From contig CM097883.1 in NCBI GenBank assembly GCA_044892505.1, positions 413,168,001-413,232,000 of the forward strand: DNA of 64,000 bases, written 5' to 3'. Below are positions 12,684-24,455 of this stretch, in pieces; position 1 is the first letter of the stretch; each line of letters begins with the position of its first letter. Below the pieces are notes generated by a model. That model did not search any database, had not been told where the DNA came from, and saw only the letters and a list, made by a program, of their open reading frames with translations. The stretch is from Schmidtea nova. Taxonomy: Eukaryota. A program made the position numbers and the translations under genes.

Positions 12684-15600
12684 ATGTTTGACATCAAAGT
12701 TCAATCATGGAAATTGCTGTTTTGTTTCATGTTGATTTCTATATATTCATGTCAGCCTGAAACGAAACCAACTCCACTGAAAATTGAAACGGTTCGAATC
12801 GGTTCAGATATCAAATTATTGTGTTCTGCTGAAAATGAAAGAAATATCATTGATATACATTGGGAACGAAATAATGTCATCATTGGCAAAGGTCGAGAAT
12901 TATATTTGAAAAATGTTCAATTGAAAGATGTTGGGAAATATGTCTGTAGATCAAGTGAAAAAATAGAATCGGGATTGATTGCTGGAGAAAAGTCCACCAT
13001 AACTGAACAAGGTAACAAATCGCAAAAGAAATCCGGAAATTATTATATATTTTCCACATTTTAGATCAAGTAATTGTGGAACAAGAAAACATTCCTAACA
13101 TTGTCATTTCTCAACTCGATGGAAGTCACAACACTATCACACTGCAAGAAACACAAGATCTCGATATTGAATGCTCAGTCACGAACTGGTCAAGGAACGA
13201 ATACGATGCACAATGGATCAAATCTGATGGATATGTCATATCAAATAATGAACGGTTATTTATCGAATCAGTTTTGAAGAAACAACACGAAAACACATAC
13301 ACTTGTGCCATTGTTCACAAAACTCAACCGACCCAGGTCTTCAGAAAAGATGTCATTCTAAGGATTGCAGGTAAAATTGAATGAATATTCAACCATGCTA
13401 ATCATTTGTCAACATTTAGTACCAATCGTTCAAATACAGATCCTAGCTTCCGAGAAACTGACAATCAACGGCTTGATTCATAGGAAATGTGTCGGATTCA
13501 AATTGGCTCAATCGACTGAAAGATTTTCTTATTATTGGATAGATTCCCAAGGAAGAACAATCTCGAAGACTGACACAATTCAAGTCCCAATAAATGATGA
13601 ATCGGTATTCGGGCAATACGAATGTCATTACAGAGCTCATAAATCAGGCAAAACATTCATCTCAACAGTCAACATTATTGGTATATTTCCTCATTTCTAT
13701 TGTTACTAATACATTGACGATGCTTGCTTGACAATCCAGCTGAATCCTCCTCAACCACCTTAGATGCATCATATTCCATCACAATCACCCCTTATCCTCA
13801 AAAGTTTCGTTTGAATGAGAAGTTCTCAATGCGATGTCAAGTGGCACCAGAACTGAAACAAGTTCAATATTCTTGGTATCATGACAATCAACTGTTGGAA
13901 AGCAATCAACAAACGATAACCTTTGACAGTTTCGCCCGTTCGAAGCTTGGAGTGTACAAATGTAAAATAGTCGGACTGGATCAAAGAAATCAGAAAGTAG
14001 AATTAGAAGCCAAATCTTATCAACGTCTATCATTCTTTGTCCCAATTAAAGTCGGTATGTGATCAGCATTTATATTTTCCAGTTCAATTTACCGTCTGTA
14101 GAACTGATCGAAGGAGCCGGATCACAAGTCGCTGTCATCGTGTCGAGAAAGAAAGAACTGCATTGTGAAATTTCTGCTGACAGTGAATATTCTGGATCAG
14201 ATGTTCAATGGAAGTTCGAAAACCAAGAATTATCTACTCCAGACTCCCTGAACAAATTCAACATTGCACGAGTCAATGGCAGACTTGTCAGTATCCTCGT
14301 TCTGAACAATGCACAAATGAAAAATGAAGGACATTATCAGTGCCAAGTAGGTGATGTCACCAAAGCTGTCAACATCATCATCATTCAAGGTATGAACTTG
14401 TTTAGCAATTGTTACTGTTGGATTATTCTTGTCCTACTAGATGACGGAGTGTTGGCTATTTCTCCCGCTGTTGAGAAACGATTGGAAGGTCAACCTGGTG
14501 AATTTCACTGCCGAGTCAATAACATTCCAAATGTCAAAAATACCGACATCAAATGGTATTTCGTGAGAAAAGATGGATCTGAAAGAATCGCCATGCCAAA
14601 CAAACGATGGACTACTTATACTGGACATGTAGCCGATAGGACTAGTTTCATTGGAACCGATTCAGCAGAAATGGAAGACAATGGTTATTTCATTTGCTCA
14701 ATTCCATCTGGTCAAGAAACCCAAGCCGAGTTCATTGTTGAGAAACGATTCAGTAATTTCATACACATAATCCTTTATTTTATATTTCACTTTGCCTTTG
14801 CAGGACCATTTGTTGCCAAGGTCAGCCCTCCAGTTCTCAATGTACGAAAGCGTCAAAAGTTTGAATTCGAATGTTTCACTCAAGACAAAGTTGGAACCCC
14901 TGTTGGAGAACCAAGTCTCAGATTTCTCAATGGATCTCTCGTATCTAAGGATAAAAGATTTCAAATTTCAAAAGTCGGACCATCAAGAATTCGTTTAGTT
15001 GCTCCATTTGGAATTGACATCGATGCCAAACAACTTCAGATGACTTGTGGAGTTAGAGAAGTAGTTGCCTACGTTACAATCAATGTCCAAGACATTTGTC
15101 CACCAAACCATCGCTACTGCAGGAGTGGAGAATGTGTCAGCAATCAGAAATTCTGTGATGGAGTGGTTGATTGTAAAGATGGATCCGATGAAGATATATC
15201 TTATTGCAGTACTACTTTGCATAATAATAATAATAATGGCCACCAATTAATAACCATCTAGATTCTTGCGACCCTGTACAGAGAGCTTGTGGACCAATCA
15301 TCGGTAATAGCACAGTTGAGAAATACAACATTGATTGGGCCTGCAATGGAGAAGAAGACTGCAAAAATGGATTCGATGAAAAACATTGTGATGGTAATTT
15401 ATTGTTTAAATTTGCTTTTGTCATTCCATCAAATATTTTCATATATTTCTAGCATCCGACAAATGCAGACCTTTGAAATTTACTTGCAGCAATGGTGACA
15501 AGATGCCTTATGGTTATGTCTGTGATGGAACTGCCGACTGTAGAAATGGTGAAGATGAAATTGGTTGTGGTAATATATTTTCTTGTCTATTTCATTTGGA

Positions 15601-15937
15601 ATTGATTTCGCATTTTCGTTTTTGTGTGCCAGCTAAACCAATTATCATCAGCACTTCGATGAAAGATGTTAGAGCAAGGTCGGGAACCACTGTGAAATTG
15701 ACTTGTGAAGTAGCAGGTCTTCCACTGCCCGCCGTCACGTGGAGATTCAATTGGAATTGTTTACCGGATGAATCGAGAATGAAAATTGGAGAAATCAAAA
15801 ACAATTGTGACAGTGTTGTTAGCGTTTTAACTATCAATGATTTTAAACCGGGTGATGATGCCATTTATCACTGTGAAGCCGTCAGTGGACGCGATAGAGC
15901 ATTTTCCAAACCCTTCCAAGTTACATTGGACAATTAA
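12684..15937 (+). CDS. Secreted Ig(7)-LDLa(3)-Ig perlecan-like protein, copy B (10 exons, 922 aa predicted)
   Basis: Exons 12684-13011, 13065-13370, 13420-13680, 13740-14054, 14102-14389, 14441-14752, 14804-15208, 15262-15393, 15453-15569, 15633-15937 total 2769 nt (923 codons with stop). Signal-like [23 protein letters not shown]; Ig C..W..Y-x-C motifs; LDLa [13 protein letters not shown]; last Ig has TWRFNW and YHCEA. Confidence 0.9.
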
Positions 15938-15951
15938 CATTTTCAATTTTA

Positions 15952-15957
15952 AATAAA
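15952..15957 (+). promoter_or_regulatory. Polyadenylation signal AATAAA of copy B (conserved in A and C)
   Basis: AATAAA about 15 nt after the TAA stop in all three copies. Confidence 0.6.
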
Positions 15958-17580
15958 ATTGTGAAATTTTTTTTTATTTTGATGACAACATTTTATTCAG
16001 TTTTTATTTTATAATATAATTTTATATAATTATTATTTAATTATACAATTTACATATAATGGGTGTAATGTTACATATTGAAAAGACTGCCCGTTATTTT
16101 TGTACTCGAGTTCTTAAAATAAATTAATTAAATCTATTGTTGGGCTGGTAAAAGCAAAATTAATTATCTGTTTTATCGAGTCAAAAATAAATGTATAAAA
16201 ATAGGTATATTCAAAACTCACGAAAATGAGAAATAGCACTAAGTAGTTACAATCATAAACTATTGGGAAATTAAAATATTAGAGCACAAGAGAATATCAA
16301 CTCGAAAATAGTGTCGGGATTTTATAAAATAAGCTCAAATAAAAAAATAAAAAGCACAAAAACTCGATAAAAATCAATAAAACTATAATCATTCTAAAAG
16401 TAATAATTAAACTAATAAAATTAATTAAAATTTAAAAATATAGTTTTAGCGGGGGAAATTGGTATGGAAGTATGTCAAATTGTGAGACGAATCCAAAAAT
16501 GGTAAAATCAAAATAATGGGGCTCCTCAGAAGAATAGAATTAAAAAATTAATTTATTAAAATTTAATTGGCTAATGAAAAACTCGAGCCAATGGATAACT
16601 CGAGTAGGTGCGAAGCACGGAGGATCAGCAAAATAGTTAATTTTCCCCGGGAAATTTGATTTTAAAGGAAACTTGAAAAATCCAATTGATAGGAAAACAA
16701 TTAACAATTTTATGATAATTAATTAGATTAGGAAGTGTCAACTTGAGACGCACCCACCAGACACCCTAATCAGATAGGAAAAAAATCATCAAGCTGGACA
16801 ATATAAAAAGAAGAGACATATTCCAAAGTTTTCTTGAGTGGAGGAAAATAAATGTTAGTAAATATTTACAAGACGAGAGGTTGAGAATCAGTAGTATTTT
16901 GAATCAAATTAATTCTTATTATCGTATCAGAAAGAGAGATCTGATTTATCCTTCCGCTTAATCAGAAAAGCAGAGAGAATAGAAGTTGTTAAAATTGTGT
17001 AAAAAGACTTATTATTATCAAAGATTGTGTCAAATAGTTGGTGTAAATACTTTCGAATAAATTTTACTGTATTAGGTATTCTTGAGTCAATTCAAAAGGA
17101 ACACTAAGGAGTCAGATAAACAGCACCTACTAATTGTTAAATACCCTTCAAAAATAGCATACAAACCGATTTCATAAGTCGGTCCATGTAGTGGTAAAAC
17201 GATAGAAAAAAAAGAAAACACACAATTTGATTACAGGTCGAATTTCCATATGGTGGACCACAAGAAAATTGAATGGGTAATAACCATTGTATAAAAATAA
17301 TACCAAAATAGAGAGAATAATTTATAAAAGATTATAGAAAGAAATACCCATTAAAATATCATTAAAATCATAGAAATAAGAATAAAAATTAAATTAAATT
17401 TGATTAGATTTGATTGTTTTGACCAATCTTTAACGAGCAGTAACACATCTTTTAGCAAATAATATAGAAATAGCTAGAAAATAAATTAAATGAATAGAAA
17501 ATTAATATAATCGAATAAATTGCAAAATGAATCATTTATCGAGTAAACATGCACAGTTAAATTCTAATTAGTTATAATTT

Positions 17581-17795
17581 TTATTATCAATAATTCTCAT
17601 AATGACTATAGATCAAAATTTTTTTTTATAAACAATAACACAATATTTCGGCACAGCCTTTATCACTTGATAAAGGCTGTGCCGAAATATTGTGTTATTG
17701 TTTATAAAAAAAAATTTTGATCTATAGTCATTATGAGAATTATTGATAATAATAATAAAAAAAGATCAAAGGTGAAAAAAGATAATTATGATAGT
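17581..17795 (+). mobile_element. Fold-back hairpin family copy 2: perfect 85-bp arms, 2-nt loop, plus family tail
   Basis: 17581-17665 is the exact reverse complement of 17668-17752; loop CT. Tail AAAGATCAAAGGTGAAAAAAGATAATTATGATA follows. Confidence 0.85.
17664..17694 (+). ncRNA. Minimal type I hammerhead ribozyme motif (U3-A8 variant, Penelope-like)
   Basis: CAC-UUGAUAA-A-GGC(UGU)GCC-GAAA-UA-UU-GUG: stem I CAC/GUG, stem II GGC/GCC, palindromic AUAU stem III, NUH site AUU at 17689-17691. Activity untested. Confidence 0.55.
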
Positions 17796-18119
17796 TATAA
17801 TTTTGGTGAGAAAATGCGTGGGCGTTTTAAAAATTAGTATAAATAGACGCTGAGAAATCAATAATTAACTTCGTATTTCTAGTCAACTTCTCACTTGTCA
17901 GCCAACGTTTTCTATTTTTCGTGACATTTTCGGAGCGCTGCTCAAAGTTTTTTTGGAAAAAGTTCAGTAACAAACAGGTATGATGTTATTTTTTATTGTA
18001 ATTTTGAAGGTTTTATTGCTATTTAATAAATATTATGAAGTACTCATTTGGTTTTTATTTATCGTTTTGTTAATATTACTCTGACTCAAATGTTCTGAAT
18101 TGAATGAGGCTGAAACTTT

Positions 18120-18970
18120 AATGTTCTTTCTTGGACTTCTGAGTTTCAGAGTTCACTCGGAACATATCATTAACAAAGAAATAATTCAAAGTGATAGAAA
18201 AGAGTCATCAAAGTTTTTCAAAAGACTAAAATGTATAAAGGTTTTGAGAAGCTTTTGAAGACCAACGAACTATTATCGAAAACTTATCAAAAATTACACA
18301 AAATAGCCAAGAGTGCTAGAGATATTAATGAGGATTTAATCAAAAGAAAATCATGTGGTATGATGAATGTGAAACCACGTTGTGCGGATTAAAAGAACAA
18401 CTTTTATCAAAATGTTTTGGACACTTATGTAAGCTTTGATGGAATTGGAGCAGTTTATCCCAAATAGATGACAGTAGACTTGAAAAAGTAATAGCTTTTG
18501 GATCACATGCAATGAATAAGCATGAATTAGGATGCTACATCACAATAAAAGAGCTTTTGTCAATATTTTACTTTACTCAACATTTTAAACATTATCTACG
18601 GAAAAAGATTTAAATTACGAACCGACCACAAAGCAATAACTTTCATGGTTAAAACTACAAAACCGATAAGTTAAGAAGTCTCGAAGTGATTTTTGAATAT
18701 CGTAAAGGTGACTATCATGGAAATGCATCTGCATTATCAAGAATTGAAAATCATTCAGATGATCCATGAAGATTCGAAGACTGAAAAATTGACAACAAAG
18801 ATTTTAGCTCTAATGCAAGCAACTTGTTCATTATGACAGAAGAACTCAATGGAGATTTCAGTCGTCTTCAGTTGCACCGGACAATGCACCACCTACGAAA
18901 CTTATGACACAGTCACGTGTTAGTGCACATTCAAACTTTTGCGTGTGTGTGCGATTCTCACAAATATAAA
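18120..18970 (+). mobile_element. Degenerate Ty3/Gypsy pol remnant (RT thumb, RNase H)
   Basis: Broken frames give LRSF..TNYYRKLIKNY, GIGAV...KVIAFGSH, KELLSIFY, LRTDHKAI and EYRKG..HGNASALSR. Confidence 0.75.
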
Positions 18971-19058
18971 CAAGAAGCGACAGGCCAAACCGGTTTGATA
19001 TTTTATTGCCTCAGTTAGTGTGCTTGCTTGTCTCACTGCCGAAGCATATTTGATAATA

Positions 19059-20159
19059 CACCGTATAACGATGACCAACATTTCCTATAATATTAAATTA
19101 AATTACACTATAGAAATTCAAAACACTCACCTGTGTGTTATCGGTGTGCTAACATTCATTAACATCCTTTATTATGTGGTAGACAAAAAGGATAGAAAAA
19201 TTTTGTAAACCACAAAAAGGCATTATATAGTATAAACTGCATGCAAACTTTTAATGGGTGCAAATCTAATCAATCACTAACATCCCGTAATAAATCTTAC
19301 GCACACAAAAAAATTTGATATTTTCTTCATTTTAATTATTTTTTTATCGATTTTTAAAATGAAATTAAAAGCAAAATCATTGAAAAAAAATATATTTCAA
19401 GAAGGCATATTTTAAGATGTCTTTTTCATTTAAAAATTAAATAATTTTTTATAGCAAATCCGATAATTCTGAAGGCTCCCAGTTAAGCTTTTGGGAAAAC
19501 AACCAGCTAAATTTGTAAATATTATTTTTTTTAATATATCATTAAATCAAAATTTTTATAGAATATCATTTAATGAATGGCAATCAAGTTCTACAGGGCT
19601 TGGTTTGGAAAGAAAAACTAGAAACAAAAGCTGAAAAAGTCAAAATCGTGAATGCCATGGAAAATGGGGAAAATTATTTTCAATTTGGTAGACTGTTAGG
19701 AATTACTAAAAACACAATAAAAGCAATAGTAGTTAAGTATAAAAAATTTGGCTTTAAATCAAAAGGGAAAATCGGTGGCAGCAAATCAAAGATTTCCGAA
19801 GGAAATGGAAACAAACTGTTAGATTATGTAGAAAAAAAATTATTTTTCAATCTAACAGAAATAAAAAATTACTTAAATACACAAAACTGTTCGATTTTTG
19901 AAAAATAGTCCAAAATGCTGCAAAAAAATAGTTATCTCTGGAGATTAATGTTATTAATGTAATAAAATAATAAATTTTACTTTAGTTACTTACTTTATGT
20001 GAATATTAATCCAATAAATTGTTGGCAAAAGGCTAAAAAATGATATTTAAATGATAAAATTAAGTAATTTTCTTACTTAAAACAAAGAAAATTCATGAGT
20101 AATCATGAATACGCACACCAACTAGCATTATAGAGGATGTTAGTCATCGTTATACGGTG
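19059..20159 (+). mobile_element. Non-autonomous IS630/Tc1-type element, 1101 bp
   Basis: TIRs CACCGTATAACGATGAC(C/T)AACAT with TA on both sides. ORF 19573-19908 resembles a Tc1-like N-terminal HTH; no DDE region remains. Confidence 0.8.
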
Positions 20160-20206
20160 TATGTACACGTGTTTTGTGCTTTTTGTATATTTACACTACT
20201 TCAAAG

Positions 20207-22660
20207 CAGCGGATAAGATGGGCTGATTTAGCTGAATCCAGGGGCCCGACATTTTTCAAGGGAGCCCAAACATATTTCACTGTATAATAGAGGTGTGCAA
20301 ATGTTTGTCTGAATCCCTGAAAATATCATAAATAAAATTATAAAATCTCATCTATTTTCACGAGAAAATGTCGAAGAGTTTGAAATACTAGAAACCATTA
20401 CCCATTTGTAATAAAATCTAAAATTCATATGCAGGAAAGAGGAAACCTAGCTAAAAATCAAAAAATAAATTTCGTATTAGTTTGCTAAAATTGCGAATAT
20501 AGAACTTTGACATAATGTTGTATAATTCAATAATTGAATTTGTAACTAACTACCAAGTTGCCTACCGTGTTACGAGTTACGACGCTTTGACAGGAGAGCG
20601 GTTTGACAGAAATTGGTTAAGCTATTCAAAAGCTAGTGGCCGTGTTTATTGTTTTGCATGCAGGTTGATGTCACAGACAGTGAGCAAGCTTACAACTGGC
20701 TTCAGTGATTGGAAGCATGCTCATGAAATGCTTTCGAGTCATGAAACCTCTAAGCAACATCTTGATGCAATAGCAGCACCAAGTGGTGGTAGTCATCCCT
20801 TTAAATCGACTTTAATCTTTCAACTTAATTTGAAAGTGAAGTCCAATATTGGTAAACAGTTCTTATAAGGATAGTAAGCGTTATACAATTTCTTTGTATT
20901 CGTGATCTTGCATTCCGTGGCAAGAATGAACTGCTAGGATAACTGAGCAATGGTACTACCTTGGAGTCAATTTAGCACATTTCTTGCAGAACATATCTGT
21001 CAACATGAAAATAAAGGATGTGGACATACGTCTTATATTTCCTCAACTATCTGTGAAGAAATTATTGAACTGATGGGTCAAAACGTATTGCCTGTTATTG
21101 TTGCTGAAATAAAATCTGCAAATTACTTCTCGATATCTGTAGACTCAACGTCATCTGTTATGCGCGCGTACCAGTTAACAGTGATCATCCGATATGTTGT
21201 ACAATATGGCCCTGTTTAGCGCTTCATCAAGTTCATACCGATGGGTTCACTGTATCAGAAATGGTCTAAATTATTCTTAATTTTTTGAAAGAAAATGACA
21301 TTCAAATTCAAGATTGCCGAGGACAGTCGTACGACAACGATGCAAATATGAGTGGGAAGTATAACTGAGTATAGGCTATTATTTGTAAGAAGTGTAATGT
21401 TGCTCATTATGTGCCGTGCACTGCTCATTCCCTTAAATAGGTTGGGAGAAGTGCAGCAGAAAGTTTTCCTGCTGCTGCCAGATTTTTTCCCTTCTGCAAA
21501 ATCTTTATACTTGGCTTGTTGCATCTGCTCATCTTTGGCAGGTACATAGAAAATACCTGAAAGGGTTACATGTTAACAAAGCCTTGTCTGACACAAGATG
21601 GTCAGCCCGACATGATACTGTAAGGTCTGTTAATAAATCATACAATGAGAATATTGAAGCACTGGAAGAATTGGCAACTGATGAAAGTCAGTCGCGTGAC
21701 AATAGACTTGAAGCATAAGGATTTCGGAAAACTCTTGAACAACTGGAAGTCACTATTTTACTTGAAAATTTGGACAATTTTAGAAAGATTTCAGAAAACG
21801 AATTTATCCCTTCAAGACCGGGACAATCTTTGAATTCAGCCATCTATTTGTTGAAATCTCTCCTTGAGTTTGTTAAAAGACAGCGTTCTGAATTTGATTC
21901 CTACGAAGAAAAACGAAAAAATTGTAGAGAAAGAGTATAAACAATCTTCAATATGATCACAAAAGAGAAAGTACCAATTTCATGAAGAGCCATCAGCGAA
22001 ACAGTATTTTCCCCCAAGACAAAAATTTAAGGTTGAGGTATTTCTGGTAATCATTGACAAACTCTCTTCAGCTCTCCAACATCTGTAAGATGCATATAAA
22101 GACATCCATGAGAAATATGGCTTTCTTACAAACTGAACTGAGCACAGCAATGACGCCATCCGAGGGAAGCAGCCAAGTTAATGGAAGAATATTCAAGTGA
22201 TTTTGAAAACTCATTTCCTTCAGAATTAGTATAATTTTCATAGCTCTTTAAGACAGTTATTGTCCAGCCACAGAGCCAGGGTCAGGGACAGGAAGAAGCA
22301 CAATGCGAACCTCAAAACACATGCACAAAGCTAAAGATGTTGCTGTTTTTGATTGAGATACAGTCCTTTCCGAATACCCATATCACACTTCGTATCTATG
22401 TCTCAATGATGACATCAAACTGCAGCCGATAGCGATCATTTTCAAAGTTAAAAAGAATAAAAAATGAAGTTAGAAATTTCATGGGACAACAAAGACTGAG
22501 TCTGCTCTCTCTAATGCTCATTGAAAGGGAAATTGTAAGCTCACTAAGCTATACTAACTTAATTGATAACTTCGTCATGAGAAAAGTTGACAAATGTGGG
22601 TTAAAGCTTGAAAAATATAATAATAAATATTTTAATGAAGTGTGGATTCATGTAACTTTA
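20207..22660 (+). mobile_element. Degenerate hAT transposase (ZMYM1/Tip100-like, TTF zinc finger plus DUF4371)
   Basis: RNWLSYSKASGRVYCFACRL, YFSISVDST...QLTVIIRYV, RGQSYDNDANMSG, SDTRWSARH, RSFSKLKRIKNEVRNFMGQQRLSLLSLM; many stops and frameshifts. Ends are approximate. Confidence 0.88.
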
Positions 22661-22769
22661 TATAAATAAAATTGACTTCTATTTAATTTTTTGTTTTACT
22701 ACACTCTACCTTGCAAGTTACAATCTTACATTGCTAATAGCAATCATTTTACTAAACCTCCAAGTTATG

Positions 22770-24045
22770 TGGAGGCAAACCTGAAGGCATGGGCCACCAG
22801 GCAGTTCTTTGTGGATTGGGTAAACCTGGTTTTTGGCCCTTCTCTTAAAAGATATCTACAGGAAAACGACCTACCCATGCAAGCCATTCTTGTCCTCAAC
22901 AATGCTCCTGATCACCCACTGAACCTCGAAGATGACAGCATCGAAGAGTTCAAGTTTATAAAAGTTCTTTACCTACCACCCAACACCTCTCCTATCCTGC
23001 AGCCCATGGACCAGCAGATGATTTCAAATTTAAAGAAACTGTGTATCATGCATCTGTTCCGGCGTTGTTTTGAGGTAACGTAGAACACAAACCTCACACT
23101 TCGAGAGTTCTGGAAGGTCCACTTTAACATCATAATATGCCTCAGAATTGTTGATCAGGCCTTACTGGGTGTTACAGCGAGAATCTTGGCCTTTGCTTGG
23201 AAGAAGTTGTGGCCTGAAACTGTAATTGAAAGGACCTTTGAAAGATTTGAACCCGAAGTATCAGTGGAGGATCGGATCGTGTCTCTGGAAAAATCCATGG
23301 GTCTGGAGGTGGATGAGAGAGACGTGAACGAGCTCGTCAAGTAGCACTCTCAGGAACTGACGACCGGGGAGTTACAAGAGTTACAGTTGCAGCAGCATAC
23401 GGAGGTTCTTCGGGAAATTATTTTCGAAGAGGAGCCAGAAAGGGAGATGGTTATCTCTAAAAGAGAGATCAAGGACATTTTGGGAAAGTGGGAGAGTGTT
23501 TCACAGTTCGTGGAAAAGAAACACCCCGAAAAGGCTGCAACTGGTTGTGCATCGGAGCTATTTAATGACCCTTGCCTAACTCATTTCCAAAACATTCTGA
23601 AAGAGAGAAAGAAACAAACCTCCTTCGACAGTTTATTTTGAAACGACTTGCAGGAGAAAGTGAGTAAAGCGTGGTAAAATGCAAAGACCAGTGGAGAGAA
23701 AAACAGTGACGAAAAGTAAGCGAAAGTTAGCGAAAGTTAGCGAAAGTAACACTTCCTCCAGCATCTTATGTAAGCTCAAGTCGTCTAATTTTTAAGGTAA
23801 ATACACTATATAAAACCAATCTATTTCTTTATATTCTCTTTTATTATTTTAATACAATATTTGTCATTTAACACTCAATAAATAAATTTTTCATATTCAA
23901 GAACACGTAACAAAAACAACTGAAGTGCGATTTCGGGGGCTGAAACGGATTATTGGCATTTCAATAAATTTCAATGGAGAAAAATGCTTCAATATACGAG
24001 CAAGGTTAACGGAACGAATTAAACTAGTTTGTCGATATACCACTA
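22770..24045 (+). mobile_element. 3' half of a Tigger (pogo) transposon
   Basis: ORF 22691-23083 has KAWATRQFFVDW, AILVLNNAPDHP and LPPNTSPILQPMDQQMISNLK. Right end GAATTAAACTAGTTTGTCGATATACCACT followed by a TA run. Confidence 0.88.
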
Positions 24046-24182
24046 TATATATATATATATAATTATTAATTATTAGCTTACTTACTTACTACCAAAAGTA
24101 GATTATAAATATATTATATAAATAATTTTTAATTTACAGCGTTACAAACAGACAGACAGACGAATTTGTATCATTATTATAA

Positions 24183-24210
24183 ACTAGGCTTTATCCCGTG
24201 CTAGCACGGG
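24183..24210 (-). mobile_element. Helitron-like 3' terminus
   Basis: On the minus strand, the 16-bp palindrome CCCGTGCTAGCACGGG is followed 7 nt later by CTAG then T. Confidence 0.5.
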
Positions 24211-24229
24211 TAAATAGTTTGAATACTTA

Positions 24230-24377
24230 AAGCCTTGTCACTGTATGTATGTGTCTGTAACGCTGATAATAAATCAACTTAATAAATTTATTTTAATAAA
24301 TTTCAATTTTAATCTACTTACTATAGTAAGTAGACTGTCTAATGTGGTCAGCGTTACAGACACATACAGTGAGAAGG

Positions 24378-24380
<3 letters not shown>
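24230..24380. mobile_element. 151-bp MITE with about 33-bp TIRs, abutting (TA)n at 24381-24445
   Basis: AAGCCTTGTCACTGTATG(TATG)TGTCTGTAACGCTGA versus TCAGCGTTACAGACACATACAGTGAGAAGGCTT. Internal 20-bp palindrome at 24314-24333. Confidence 0.7.

Positions 24381-24455
<75 letters not shown>

Larger units (their letters stand above)
11842..16109 (+). repeat. Central duplicated block B (inverted partner of 5134-9277; direct partner of 25915-29783)
   Basis: 11842-15983 mirrors block A. 12244-16109 matches block C with an offset of about 13671. Confidence 0.95.

Noticed and set aside
14185-14205. SEYSGSD as a glycosaminoglycan attachment site
   Set aside because: It lies inside a predicted folded Ig domain just before the core Trp, so there is no support for proteoglycan status.
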